Notes: a model not told the origin generated them from the letters alone. DNA of 20,937 nucleotides from an uncultured virus (IMG/VR IMGVR_UViG_3300007963_000001) (IMGVR_UViG_3300007963_000001), one strand, 5' to 3'; positions 7,617-15,630 are shown, counted from the stretch's first letter. Numbers and translations are program-made.

Positions 7617-7885
7617 TCTTTCACCTCGTAATCCTCATGTTTCTCCAACTGCACTATGTCTGTGTTAAGTTCAATCCAAACTCTTGCACCGCACGATAAT
7701 GGCTTATCAGGAGAATACATGATGGTTGCAAATACTTCCCCTGTTTCAACACAAACCAAGTCCACAGAATCACGATATTCATTCGTCTTGTAGGTCTTGC
7801 AGGTGATAACGGGTTTTCTCTCGGAAACTTCGCACTTTTGATTGTGCCGAATGTGGTGTTGGTTGATGTGAATAATCTGTTTCAT
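7613..7885 (-). CDS. Conserved hypothetical phage protein (IHINQH...YSPDKPLSCGARVWIE type)
   Basis: Motif pattern that I recall as widespread in aquatic phages. GAGGTGA RBS. Confidence 0.8.
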   Translation of the reverse strand: MKQIIHINQHHIRHNQKCEVSERKPVITCKTYKTNEYRDSVDLVCVETGEVFATIMYSPDKPLSCGARVWIELNTDIVQLEKHEDYEVKE

Positions 7886-7909
7886 TGTTTCACCTCGTAA
7901 TCCTCATGT
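7613..7909. repeat. 28-bp direct repeat (7613-7640 and 7882-7909) flanking one gene
   Basis: TCATT[C/G]TTTCACCTCGTAATCCTCATGT. Both genes end in HEDYEVK[E/Q]*. Confidence 0.85.
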
Positions 7910-8103
7910 GTTTTGGGCAGACGATGTATTCTGCGCTGGGCGAGATTGTTGATGAGTCTGAATACTTCCTTTGCACCATCTTCAAATCGCTTTTTGGAAT
8001 GTTTGTCATCAACCATCTGTTGCTCAAGGTCTTGGAGGTCAATATCATCCAACAAGTGCTGGAGGATTTCATATTCAACATGGACTTTCGACTTTGCTCT
8101 CAT
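7882..8103 (-). CDS. 73-aa helical hypothetical protein
   Basis: ATG 8103. The track's upstream extension runs into non-coding-looking DNA. Confidence 0.7.
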   Translation of the reverse strand: MRAKSKVHVEYEILQHLLDDIDLQDLEQQMVDDKHSKKRFEDGAKEVFRLINNLAQRRIHRLPKTHEDYEVKQ

Positions 8104-8540
8104 ATTCCTATGTAGGAAGCACACCGATATTAGTGTTCGACAACATAAGTGGAAAAATTGACTCAGAAAAAATCGAAAATCGACTTGTCGGAGATAGGTT
8201 TTGAATCTCAGCCAAATCAAGGGGGGGTCATACTATTCTGAATCTGACTACAACATAGTCAAAAATCGCTCGTAATTTTTTCGGAGAGTGTGCGAGTGTA
8301 GGGGTCGGATGGATGGTGCTGGCTGTCATGACAGGGGGTCATGACTTCCAAAGAATCAGACAGACCACCCCCCTTAGACACACACACATCTTACACCCCT
8401 GAACTATGTGTGACCCATACCCCCTGTCTGTTGAGTTAATTGTTTATTTTGTATTGATAGATGTAAGTAAAAGGTAGGATAATAGAACAGAAAGTAAGAA
8501 GTCGAATCACTTGTCGAACCCGACAATGATGAGGACACTA
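8104..8540. other. Non-coding region with G/C runs, palindromes and an AT-rich tract (candidate packaging site, terminus or origin)
   Basis: TGACTA-N5-TAGTCA at 8245-8261, CTGTCATGACAG at 8323-8334, 10-bp inverted repeat 8330-8339/8419-8428, AT-rich 8435-8500. Lies downstream of the TerS-like gene. Confidence 0.4.
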
Positions 8541-8674
8541 TTCACGAAAGCCCCGCATCGAGAACACCAACCCAACGGCTATCACAATTCCCTATCTGAA
8601 AATCCCCATCATTAAATCGACAATCTGACGGCTTGGTTGTGGAACTCCACCCCCAGCAGAAAAGCAAAGTCGTT

Positions 8675-9205
8675 CTATTCTTCTTCATCCATTTCGATGT
8701 CAATGATAGGGGGGGTATTCGCTTCCTTCTGAATGACAGTTCGGAACTGGTCGAGTGGGTCATAGCCAATGTTCACCTGCACCTGTGGCACAGCCTCCTG
8801 TGCGCCAGTGAACTTGTCCATTGACTCCTGTGCCTTCACCAATCCACCGACCATGAACGACACCGAGTTGAGTTTGCTCACAGAGTCAGCCTCAGACTCG
8901 GCTCTGTCGATGATGCGCTCAAGCCTGTGGAGATTCTTCTTCCTTCGTGTGTAGGAATCCAATCGGAGAAAGTCAGTCGAGCCGAGTTCAGCCCTGCTGA
9001 TTACCATTGACCTCATGTCCTTAGCGACTGTCGAACTCGACAACATAAGTTGATTCCACTGCTCAAGGGGGAGAGGAGAGTGAAATATCGAGTTCTCCGA
9101 TAGCGACCTACGAATCTGAGATTCTGTTTTTCCTTCGATGAGAAGCATTGCAACCCATCTGACTAATGCATCGTCATTGTGTGGAATCAATTCTTTGTCT
9201 TTCAT
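8675..9205 (-). CDS. Putative terminase small subunit
   Basis: N-terminal HTH-like segment (LLIEGKTESQIRRSL), helical middle, C-terminal VQVNI strand and IIDIE acidic tail. Architecture only. Confidence 0.5.
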   Translation of the reverse strand: MKDKELIPHNDDALVRWVAMLLIEGKTESQIRRSLSENSIFHSPLPLEQWNQLMLSSSTVAKDMRSMVISRAELGSTDFLRLDSYTRRKKNLHRLERIIDRAESEADSVSKLNSVSFMVGGLVKAQESMDKFTGAQEAVPQVQVNIGYDPLDQFRTVIQKEANTPPIIDIEMDEEE

Positions 9206-9301
9206 TTGCAACACATCTGTCTTATTGGTTGATGTTTTTGAGTCAGGTTATTGTTATTCACGATTCCTATTGAGAGTATGCGGTCATGGCTTCCTACGGA
9301 A

Positions 9302-9625
9302 TTACCATTTGCGCTCACTGGGAACTACCGTGAAGCCTTCCTTTTCAGCCGCCGATACATCCACGCCCCAAAGGGTGCAACGGCTTCTGTTGCCGATTAC
9401 ATTTCGTGAGTTCACTTGCTCAAGTGCAAGGAAGAATCCTGACTTCTTGAGAATGTTCGACAACTGATTTCTCGTTGGCGACATCTTAGTTCTCTGAATG
9501 AGCCAGTGGTAAATATCCTGTGCTGTTGCCTCTCCATCTGTTCCCAAGTATTCGATAATTTGTTTCACCAATCGGGGTGCATATCTCTTGCCACTTCTTC
9601 GTCTGCCCCTGCTTGGTTTTACCAT
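9302..9625 (-). CDS. Winged-helix DNA-binding protein
   Basis: IIEYL..DGEATAQDIY.WL...PTRNQLSNILKK...W pattern. CCTTAAG box ~25 nt upstream of ATG 9625. Confidence 0.7.
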   Translation of the reverse strand: MVKPSRGRRRSGKRYAPRLVKQIIEYLGTDGEATAQDIYHWLIQRTKMSPTRNQLSNILKKSGFFLALEQVNSRNVIGNRSRCTLWGVDVSAAEKEGFTVVPSERKW

Positions 9626-9696
9626 TGTATCATCGGCTGTTCCCACCCTCTTAAGGTAAGCCCTGCAACCAACGAATCGGTCAGTCAATTCAGGAA

Positions 9697-10005
9697 TTAG
9701 TTCGTGAAGTCAGAGCCTCGATTTGATTCGTATTGCCTGAACTCAGCGAGCATATTTTTGAACTCTCTCATCGACACAGGAATCCACAACTCATCGGTAT
9801 CAGGCTCAAGCACATACATCGACACCTGCACCATGTCATCCATCATGAGCATCTGCTCTCTCACCCAAGACACCAACAGTAAGTCCGAAGATTGGAACAC
9901 CGATGTCTGCTCAACATATCCATGAGATGATTTGGTCATCCCACAGATTCTCACTTCCCTTCTCTTTCCTTTGCCGACAAAGTAGTTCAGATTATTCACA
10001 CCCAT
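9697..10005 (-). CDS. Hypothetical protein (alternative start 9939)
   Basis: 102-aa ORF in the gene chain. Confidence 0.65.
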   Translation of the reverse strand: MGVNNLNYFVGKGKRREVRICGMTKSSHGYVEQTSVFQSSDLLLVSWVREQMLMMDDMVQVSMYVLEPDTDELWIPVSMREFKNMLAEFRQYESNRGSDFTN

Positions 10006-10127
10006 CCAAACACCTTCACCATGATTACTACTCCAACAATCAGATTGATGAATCCAACTACTGTCCTCACCAATCCCAAACTTCCAATGTGGTCATCAGA
10101 CCATCTATCAATCCCGCTTGCATTCAT
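9996..10127 (-). CDS. 43-aa single-pass membrane micro-protein
   Basis: Not in track. MNASGIDRWSDDHIGSLGLVRTVVGFINLIVGVVIMVKVFGWV. Confidence 0.6.
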   Translation of the reverse strand: MNASGIDRWSDDHIGSLGLVRTVVGFINLIVGVVIMVKVFGWV

Positions 10128-10210
10128 CCTCAACACGCTCCGCAGTTAGTCAGGCTGTGGGCTGGTTCTTGAATATCCCTGAATATCCGGTATGTTGGTG
10201 GGAACGGTAG

Positions 10211-10314
10211 TAGTCATATTCGTATCAATAGAGGCTCATACAGGCCGTTGTTTGCCTCGCGGGTCAATACCTACCACTGGATTAGTCGATGCGCTCTGTG
10301 CGCTTCTATTGATA
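10211..10314. repeat. Palindromic element, copy B (inverted relative to copy A)
   Basis: Core GGTCAATACCTACCACTGGA at 10262-10281. Arms 10223-10243 and 10294-10314 are complementary at 17/21. Confidence 0.8.
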
Positions 10315-10561
10315 TTCGTAAGATATGGTGCAGGTTGCGAGGATGAAAGAAGGTAGGTGTGATTCCTCGCTGGCTGGAATTAGTTCAATCTCCCCCGAAC
10401 CATTTTCCAACCACCTGCAATCGGAAATGAAATCCTGATGGTTATTGAGAATGTGGTGTCGAGTTCGACAGGGAAGTTCTCTGCACGAAAACGAAATCCA
10501 AACCAAGATGATGAGTTTTGGTTATTGACTGAGAAGATGATTCAGTCTGAAATTGAAAATG

Positions 10562-10594
10562 AAAAAAAGGGGAGAAGCCCGAAGGCTTCCCCCC
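10562..10594 (-). terminator. Hairpin terminator with a cUUCGg loop and U7 tail
   Basis: Minus strand reads GGGGGGAAGCC-TTCG-GGCTTCTCCCC-TTTTTTT, 30 nt after the stop at 10625. Confidence 0.85.
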
Positions 10595-10624
10595 AATTTG
10601 TTTCGTGCTTTACTTCAAGTTCTT

Positions 10625-11098
10625 TCAGGGGAAGTAAAGAGATGGTGCGCCGTCAAGACTCTGCTCCATCATTGAGTCATACTCAGCCCAGTGGTCAGCG
10701 TGAGCAGTGAGGTCAACAATCACAGTTGTTGAAACCTGTGTCCAGCCATACTTCTGATAGGCACTTGGGTATGAGTATGGATAGCCAGCCGGATTGAGAA
10801 TCTGTTCCTTGATTCCATTCCTGATGTCCTCAAAGTGTTGCTCTCTCTCAGTGTGATATGCTTTCTTCTCAGCATCAACACGCTCTGCCATCCTAACCCA
10901 CTCTGCGGCTACGGTTGCATCTGTGGTGTGGTGAGTTCTGTTTGCATATCCATCTGAACTCACAGTTCTTGTCCACCCATTCTCAACAGACATCACTGGT
11001 GCAAGGATAGTAGCAACACTTGGGGTGTTAGCCATCATCCATGCAACTGCGATACCTGCAACGCTTGCATTCATTCTCCTTGTTTCTGTTGTCGTCAT
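10625..11098 (-). CDS. Hypothetical protein (157 aa, MTTTETRRMN...)
   Basis: GGAGATGAAAAA leader before ATG 11098; followed by the terminator. Confidence 0.8.
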   Translation of the reverse strand: MTTTETRRMNASVAGIAVAWMMANTPSVATILAPVMSVENGWTRTVSSDGYANRTHHTTDATVAAEWVRMAERVDAEKKAYHTEREQHFEDIRNGIKEQILNPAGYPYSYPSAYQKYGWTQVSTTVIVDLTAHADHWAEYDSMMEQSLDGAPSLYFP

Positions 11099-11144
11099 TT
11101 TTTCATCTCCATTGTTTTTTTTCTTTCTTGTTTTCTGTTCTTGA

Positions 11145-11987
11145 TTATGCCTCAGACTCCAAGTCGTCAGCACGACCAACCTTGCTTCGGTAGTGGATAT
11201 CCAAGACAACCTCTGTCCTGTTGTCTGCGTGTCGCTCTGCTTGCTTGTCGACAGGTGTGAACTTCTTGAATCCGAACTTTGCAACGCAGGTGTTTCCAAC
11301 GAACATTCCGACATGAGTTCCGTCTGCCCTCTGAGCAACTACTGGGTATGTTCCAGTCTTGATTCCGTTCTTGCCGCAAGCCTCGCAGTCGTGTCCATCG
11401 TAGCGGGATGTGAACTCAGTTCCAACAGGCCATGCTGGGTAGTGTGCATTGACTGCAACATCCTCTGTCCACTCAAACACATATCCAGTTGAGTTCCTCT
11501 TGGTGACTCCCCTATCGCGGCAGTATTGGCTTCGACCATTAGCGCAGGTCGAGCAAGGGAATCCTCTGAGTGGGAAGAAGCCCATCTCCTTTGGAAGTCC
11601 TCTGTTCCTGTTCTTGACTTCTTGCCAGCGAGCAGAGGACAGTTCCTCTGCTGACTCGTAATTGATTTCAGTTCCATCATACTCGGTTGGGTTTGGCTGA
11701 CCTGCTTGCTCATACATTTCGTCAATGGTGAACACCGCATTTATCGACCAATCATCACCTATGATTCTGCGAGAGTAAAATGACCTGATGTTCTCAGGGT
11801 CAGTAAGGAACTCTCTTGGTGCATAGAGGTCGTATCTTACTCCATCACCACCGCAGTCGCCGCAACGAACTCGTAGGTTCATGTCGCGGCGTTCTGCTCG
11901 GACTGTGGTTGGTGTCATTCCCCACTGCTCAGGTGTGGTGTCAATCTCAGTTATTGTTGTCAGTGTTTTCGTGCTGTGCTTGCTCAT
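11145..11987 (-). CDS. Multi-CxxC zinc-binding hypothetical protein (280 aa)
   Basis: CGDCGG, CSTC, CEACGK and VGNTC motifs. Same GGAGATGAAAAA leader. Confidence 0.85.
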   Translation of the reverse strand: MSKHSTKTLTTITEIDTTPEQWGMTPTTVRAERRDMNLRVRCGDCGGDGVRYDLYAPREFLTDPENIRSFYSRRIIGDDWSINAVFTIDEMYEQAGQPNPTEYDGTEINYESAEELSSARWQEVKNRNRGLPKEMGFFPLRGFPCSTCANGRSQYCRDRGVTKRNSTGYVFEWTEDVAVNAHYPAWPVGTEFTSRYDGHDCEACGKNGIKTGTYPVVAQRADGTHVGMFVGNTCVAKFGFKKFTPVDKQAERHADNRTEVVLDIHYRSKVGRADDLESEA

Positions 11988-12058
11988 GTTTTTTCATCTC
12001 CTGTTGTTTCTTCTCGGCTCGGCTGGTGCGGAACTTGTTCCGCATGACAGGCCACCCC

Positions 12059-12083
12059 CTTATGAGTGTTCCGAATCTGACTA
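12059..12083 (-). promoter_or_regulatory. Promoter TAGTCAGA-N9-CTCATAAG
   Basis: Same box-to-TATA arrangement as at 300 and 7200, upstream of the 11987 gene. Confidence 0.5.
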
Positions 12084-12304
12084 TTCCTTTGAAATCGGTT
12101 TGCAGAGGCTTCGGGGATTCCCAATATCCCATTCTGACTGTTCTCAAAACATTCCGTGTCGGATTCGATTTGACTCGTATCGGATTCGACAAGTTTGGTT
12201 TGCAACAATCACCATCTCAGAATCTTCCGAAAGCCCTGCATCGGGTTGTCGAGTTCGACACGGAAGGAATGGGGCATTTGCTATGAGAGCGAAAAAAAAA
12301 CGGC

Positions 12305-12613
12305 TCATAGAAGATGGTCGATTGCAGATTGGATTTTCAGAATGCAAAGTCTGCAACTAACATTCTCGATTCTGCAAGTTGCTTCGACAAGATGCTCCGC
12401 CTTGCTCAAGTCCAACTGATTGCGCCTTGCTGAACTCAGGTATTCTTGCGACTGAGTTGAGAGGCAACCGAATGCATATCTCTCACCCTGCCGTGTCCAC
12501 ACGACAAAGTGAATCATCCGATTAGTTCTGATACTACCGACATCTGCTTTGGTAGCATCAGGATATTTGATTCTCAGGAATCGCCTGAGCCTATGCAGTT
12601 CTTCCCTCGTCAT
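12305..12613 (-). CDS. Hypothetical protein
   Basis: 102-aa ORF. TCAATAACC box at 12636-12644, 22 nt before the ATG. Confidence 0.65.
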   Translation of the reverse strand: MTREELHRLRRFLRIKYPDATKADVGSIRTNRMIHFVVWTRQGERYAFGCLSTQSQEYLSSARRNQLDLSKAEHLVEATCRIENVSCRLCILKIQSAIDHLL

Positions 12614-12647
12614 CAGAGATAGTCTGCTTCAATGTGGTTATTGACTT

Positions 12648-12965
12648 TCACAAATCAAACGATGTAATTGGATTATCTGCGAATCTCTGTATGATTGACT
12701 TCTCTCGGCACTCGTTGCATAGAGTCATCAATCGAGTTTCTCCGTGATGATAGAAGGAAGTCAAGTTCTTTCCTGTGCATCCATCAGATGCCTTCTTCGT
12801 TCCCCTCCATTCACACTTCAACTTCTCAGGCTCATCCTCAATGATGACCTCGTAAGAGTCGTCTAACTTAGTCACGATATCCTCACCGATTTTTGTCAGT
12901 GAGGATTCGATGCTTTCCAATGCGCTCGCCAATCTTCCTTTCTCAATTGCTTCTTCAAAGTTCAT
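12648..12965 (-). CDS. Coiled-coil plus Cys-rich hypothetical protein
   Basis: ATG 12965 overlaps the upstream stop; C...C...CNEC. Confidence 0.7.
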   Translation of the reverse strand: MNFEEAIEKGRLASALESIESSLTKIGEDIVTKLDDSYEVIIEDEPEKLKCEWRGTKKASDGCTGKNLTSFYHHGETRLMTLCNECREKSIIQRFADNPITSFDL

Positions 12966-13243
12966 ATCGTTCTCTCCATCATTTCTTTTTTCATCTGCTC
13001 TGCTTCTCTGTGAGATTTGCACATAGCGACAATGAAATCCATCACCGCGATTCCTCGTTTTGGGTCAACCCCGATATAGGGCAACATACGAGCCGTATTG
13101 ACCAACACACTATCACACCAATTACAACATCTGAGTGTGAAGTCAGCACATTCTTCATCAGACCTCAGTATCGGATATGGATTGCAACCGAAGTCAGGCT
13201 TCACAAATGGTTTGTCGCAGAAGCAACACTTCTCAGGATTCAT
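12962..13243 (-). CDS. Zinc-finger protein (CCFC...GCNPYP...CCNWC)
   Basis: AAGGTGA RBS and ATGA coupling at 13243. Confidence 0.75.
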   Translation of the reverse strand: MNPEKCCFCDKPFVKPDFGCNPYPILRSDEECADFTLRCCNWCDSVLVNTARMLPYIGVDPKRGIAVMDFIVAMCKSHREAEQMKKEMMERTI

Positions 13244-13377
13244 GCACTCACCTTCTTGTCTATCATATCGAGAAGTTGTCGTTCCGCCCAAGCGATATTA
13301 GCGATTGAGCGTGGTGTATCACCATAGAGTCTTGACTCCTTTTTGATGATGCGTAAGTAGTAGTGTGCATCCTTCAT
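13240..13377 (-). CDS. 45-aa micro-protein
   Basis: Not in track. MKDAHYYLRIIKKESRLYGDTPRSIANIAWAERQLLDMIDKKVSA. ATGA at both ends. Confidence 0.7.
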   Translation of the reverse strand: MKDAHYYLRIIKKESRLYGDTPRSIANIAWAERQLLDMIDKKVSA

Positions 13378-13646
13378 GCACTCACCGCTCCAGCCTTCAT
13401 ACTACTCGTCACAATCATCAGTGCTTCCATCTGCGTGTAGCCCATGTCTGCATTTGCTTTGTCGCAAATCTCTTGGCAATCAGCAAGGGTATCACCCCAG
13501 TAGTAAGGCAATGCACCAGCACCCTGTCCTCGACAGGGAACATGACCTGCTTGATTCTCAACCACAAGTGATGGAATGAATTGAGTGATACCATCAATGA
13601 CATCGTAATCTCCAGCCGCCCAATAGACGAACCTTCCCTGAATCAT
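13374..13646 (-). CDS. Hypothetical phage protein (FIPSLVVENQAGH...YYWG...IVTSSM)
   Basis: 90-aa ORF, GGTGA RBS, ATGA-coupled. Confidence 0.8.
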   Translation of the reverse strand: MIQGRFVYWAAGDYDVIDGITQFIPSLVVENQAGHVPCRGQGAGALPYYWGDTLADCQEICDKANADMGYTQMEALMIVTSSMKAGAVSA

Positions 13647-13882
13647 TCCCCATCACCATCCGTTGTCCACTCATCCAAGACTCCCTGAACGAACTCGATT
13701 TCTTGTTGAAGTTCCTTAACTGCATCTCCCCAATTATTTTCGTATTCGATATCGTGCATGGAAAGTTGGTGGCGGAATCTTGGCTTGTTGCGAAGCATAA
13801 TGTCCAACGCCTTGCGTAGCCCTCTGAGTTCTGACTCGACCTCAAAGACAATTTCATGATGCTCTGTTGCTTCGACCATCAT
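13643..13882 (-). CDS. Acidic helical hypothetical protein
   Basis: ATG 13882 overlaps the upstream stop. Confidence 0.7.
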   Translation of the reverse strand: MMVEATEHHEIVFEVESELRGLRKALDIMLRNKPRFRHQLSMHDIEYENNWGDAVKELQQEIEFVQGVLDEWTTDGDGE

Positions 13883-13971
13883 TTCATCCACCTACACTTC
13901 ACACACTGGAGTCGTTGAACCCCCCAAAAAGAAGCCATCTTAGTTTCGCTATCGCAAAGTGGGCAGTTCAA
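13879..13971 (-). CDS. 30-aa zinc-ribbon micro-protein
   Basis: Not in track. TTG start, (M)NCPLCDSETKMASFWGVQRLQCVKCRWMK. TTGA and ATGA overlaps. Confidence 0.6.
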   Translation of the reverse strand: MNCPLCDSETKMASFWGVQRLQCVKCRWMK

Positions 13972-14138
13972 ACAATCATCTCCCTTTGCCTTGCTTCCTC
14001 TTGCATCCTTGCATAATCATGAACCATATCACCATTGATGTTGAATATCAACCCACAACACTTGCAATCCCGCATATACACATTCACCCATTTGCGTGTT
14101 CGTGGATTCTCACACCGTATGCACTTGACCCACTTCAA
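13968..14138 (-). CDS. 56-aa zinc-ribbon micro-protein (paralog of 6601-6756)
   Basis: Not in track. (M)KWVKCIRCENPRTRKWVNVYMRDCKCCGLIFNINGDMVHDYARMQEEARQREMIV. Confidence 0.8.
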   Translation of the reverse strand: MKWVKCIRCENPRTRKWVNVYMRDCKCCGLIFNINGDMVHDYARMQEEARQREMIV

Positions 14139-14278
14139 TCAATCATCTCCTTGTTGATTCTCTCCAGTGCTTCTCTTGCATCTGCAATCACTTCGTCAGT
14201 CAGTTCTATTTTGTTGATGGCGAGAATGAACCTTAGTAGGTCATTCTCAGCAATCAATTCTTCATTCGTTGTTGTCAT
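14135..14278 (-). CDS. 47-aa acidic helical micro-protein
   Basis: Not in track. MTTTNEELIAENDLLRFILAINKIELTDEVIADAREALERINKEMID. Downstream of the promoter motif at 14311-14324. Confidence 0.7.
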   Translation of the reverse strand: MTTTNEELIAENDLLRFILAINKIELTDEVIADAREALERINKEMID

Positions 14279-14310
14279 GTTCTCGTTCCTCGTAATTGCT
14301 AATCGGGATT

Positions 14311-14324
14311 CCCACCGTTATGAA
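14311..14324 (-). promoter_or_regulatory. TTCATAACGGTGGG promoter motif (copy 2)
   Basis: 17-bp identity (14308-14324) with 943-959. Confidence 0.7.
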
Positions 14325-14342
14325 TGATTTGATTTCTCAATA

Positions 14343-14630
14343 TCACAAATGACTAAGATATTCTTCACACAAATCTCGTATCGCTCTCATCGTTTCTGAG
14401 AATGCTCGATTCCAACTATCCGTTCCTTTGTCGATAGTATCGGGGAAGTCGGCACGAATGATTCCCAAGACAGATACAGCATTCACTGGAATCATATCGT
14501 GGAATTGCTTTGACGATTCATACACTTCGACATGAACCTTGTTTAGCAGAATCGAAGCGTCATTCAAATCACCAGTTTCGTATGCAGTCAATGACGACCT
14601 CAGAACATCTGTGACTTCTTCATCTTTCAT
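14343..14630 (-). CDS. Helical hypothetical protein
   Basis: 95-aa ORF, ATGA-coupled. Confidence 0.75.
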   Translation of the reverse strand: MKDEEVTDVLRSSLTAYETGDLNDASILLNKVHVEVYESSKQFHDMIPVNAVSVLGIIRADFPDTIDKGTDSWNRAFSETMRAIRDLCEEYLSHL

Positions 14631-14764
14631 TTGTTGACACGCCCCGCAGTCAGTTCACTGTTCAGTTTGTGATGGATGTATTTTCGATAGTGTTCGTAGC
14701 AGAGTCGAGCCTTGTATATCTCAAGATTACAACCAACGCCCATACACACAATGCATCCAATCAT
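14627..14764 (-). CDS. 45-aa Cys/His micro-protein
   Basis: Not in track. MIGCIVCMGVGCNLEIYKARLCYEHYRKYIHHKLNSELTAGRVNK. ATGA at both ends. Confidence 0.65.
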   Translation of the reverse strand: MIGCIVCMGVGCNLEIYKARLCYEHYRKYIHHKLNSELTAGRVNK

Positions 14765-14997
14765 AATCTCGTTCTCCACACCCAACTCTTGCCTTCCTTC
14801 CTTCCGATGTATTTGGGATTCCTACGCAACAATGGATTCAGTTCTGAGATGCTCAAGTTCAGGCGTTTGTGTTCCTTCAACAATCTGCCTGATTGGAACT
14901 TCGCACCGTTCAGGATTTCGTATGATGAGCATGGTTGATTCTGAGATATGAAATCAAAGATGACCTTATCTCGATGTGGGTTATCCCTTCTCGCCAT
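14761..14997 (-). CDS. Small winged-helix-like DNA-binding protein
   Basis: IFDFISQNQPCSSYEI...SISELNPLLRRNPKY...WVW pattern. Confidence 0.6.
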   Translation of the reverse strand: MARRDNPHRDKVIFDFISQNQPCSSYEILNGAKFQSGRLLKEHKRLNLSISELNPLLRRNPKYIGRKEGKSWVWRTRL

Positions 14998-15359
14998 CAG
15001 ACTTCATCCTCCATGTTCAATTCGGACTTTGCTCTATCGAGTATTTTCTCAACGAGAGATAGACTCGGTTCTATGTGTTGCAATGTTGTGATAATCAAGT
15101 CAGTTTGGAACTCACCCTGCTTCTCATTATTGTTGGTGACTGAAAGTAATCTTTGGAGTAATTCTTCCGCCCGTATTATTTCAGTTTGAACGAGGGGATG
15201 GTCGGGTTCTTGGTGGAGGTGTGCTTCCACAAATCGTTTGACTTCCCAAGACTCGATTTCTCCTTTCGATTTGTTAGGGCTTACGAACTCATCAATCGCT
15301 TCCATCAATTCCAAATCATCAATGGCAAGCGCATCGAAATGATTGCTACCTTTCGCCAT
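14997..15359 (-). CDS. Acidic hypothetical protein
   Basis: 120-aa ORF. The TTCATAAC box is 23 nt before the ATG. Confidence 0.75.
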   Translation of the reverse strand: MAKGSNHFDALAIDDLELMEAIDEFVSPNKSKGEIESWEVKRFVEAHLHQEPDHPLVQTEIIRAEELLQRLLSVTNNNEKQGEFQTDLIITTLQHIEPSLSLVEKILDRAKSELNMEDEV

Positions 15360-15376
15360 ATCAAGAATGTGTTAAG

Positions 15377-15390
15377 CCCACCGTTATGAA
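15377..15390 (-). promoter_or_regulatory. TTCATAACGGTGGG promoter motif (copy 3)
   Basis: Exact 14-mer at leaderless-transcript spacing from ATG 15359. Confidence 0.7.
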
Positions 15391-15581
15391 TGGTTCATCT
15401 TCTTACGATGTAGCATATCAAAATACAATCTTCTTTTGGCATCAGGATATGCAAAACATTCCCAAATGAAATGGTGCATCCTCAAGTCATATCTGAGAAT
15501 TGTATCTCTGCAATATGGACATTCAAGACTCATCGCATCAACCAATGTATCGGGGTCGATTGGTCTATCGCCAGCCAGCAT
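15384..15581 (-). CDS. C2HC-type zinc-finger protein
   Basis: CPYC...L..H...EC. Confidence 0.7.
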   Translation of the reverse strand: MLAGDRPIDPDTLVDAMSLECPYCRDTILRYDLRMHHFIWECFAYPDAKRRLYFDMLHRKKMNHS

Positions 15582-15630
15582 ATTTCACAACTCCAAACGA
15601 GGGAGTCTTTGAAGGAATAATTAGGGTTCA

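Noticed and set aside
8542..8769. 75-aa minus-strand ORF
   Set aside because: It overlaps the TerS-like gene and has no RBS or recognisable motif.
11099..11338. N-terminal extension of the 237-aa ORF
   Set aside because: It overlaps the 280-aa gene in another frame. The RBS-like leader points to ATG 11098.
11947..12356. Short overlapping ORFs upstream of the 280-aa gene
   Set aside because: Several frames with no RBS or coupling. The region looks regulatory (TAGTCAGA box, TCGGATTCGA twice, palindrome).
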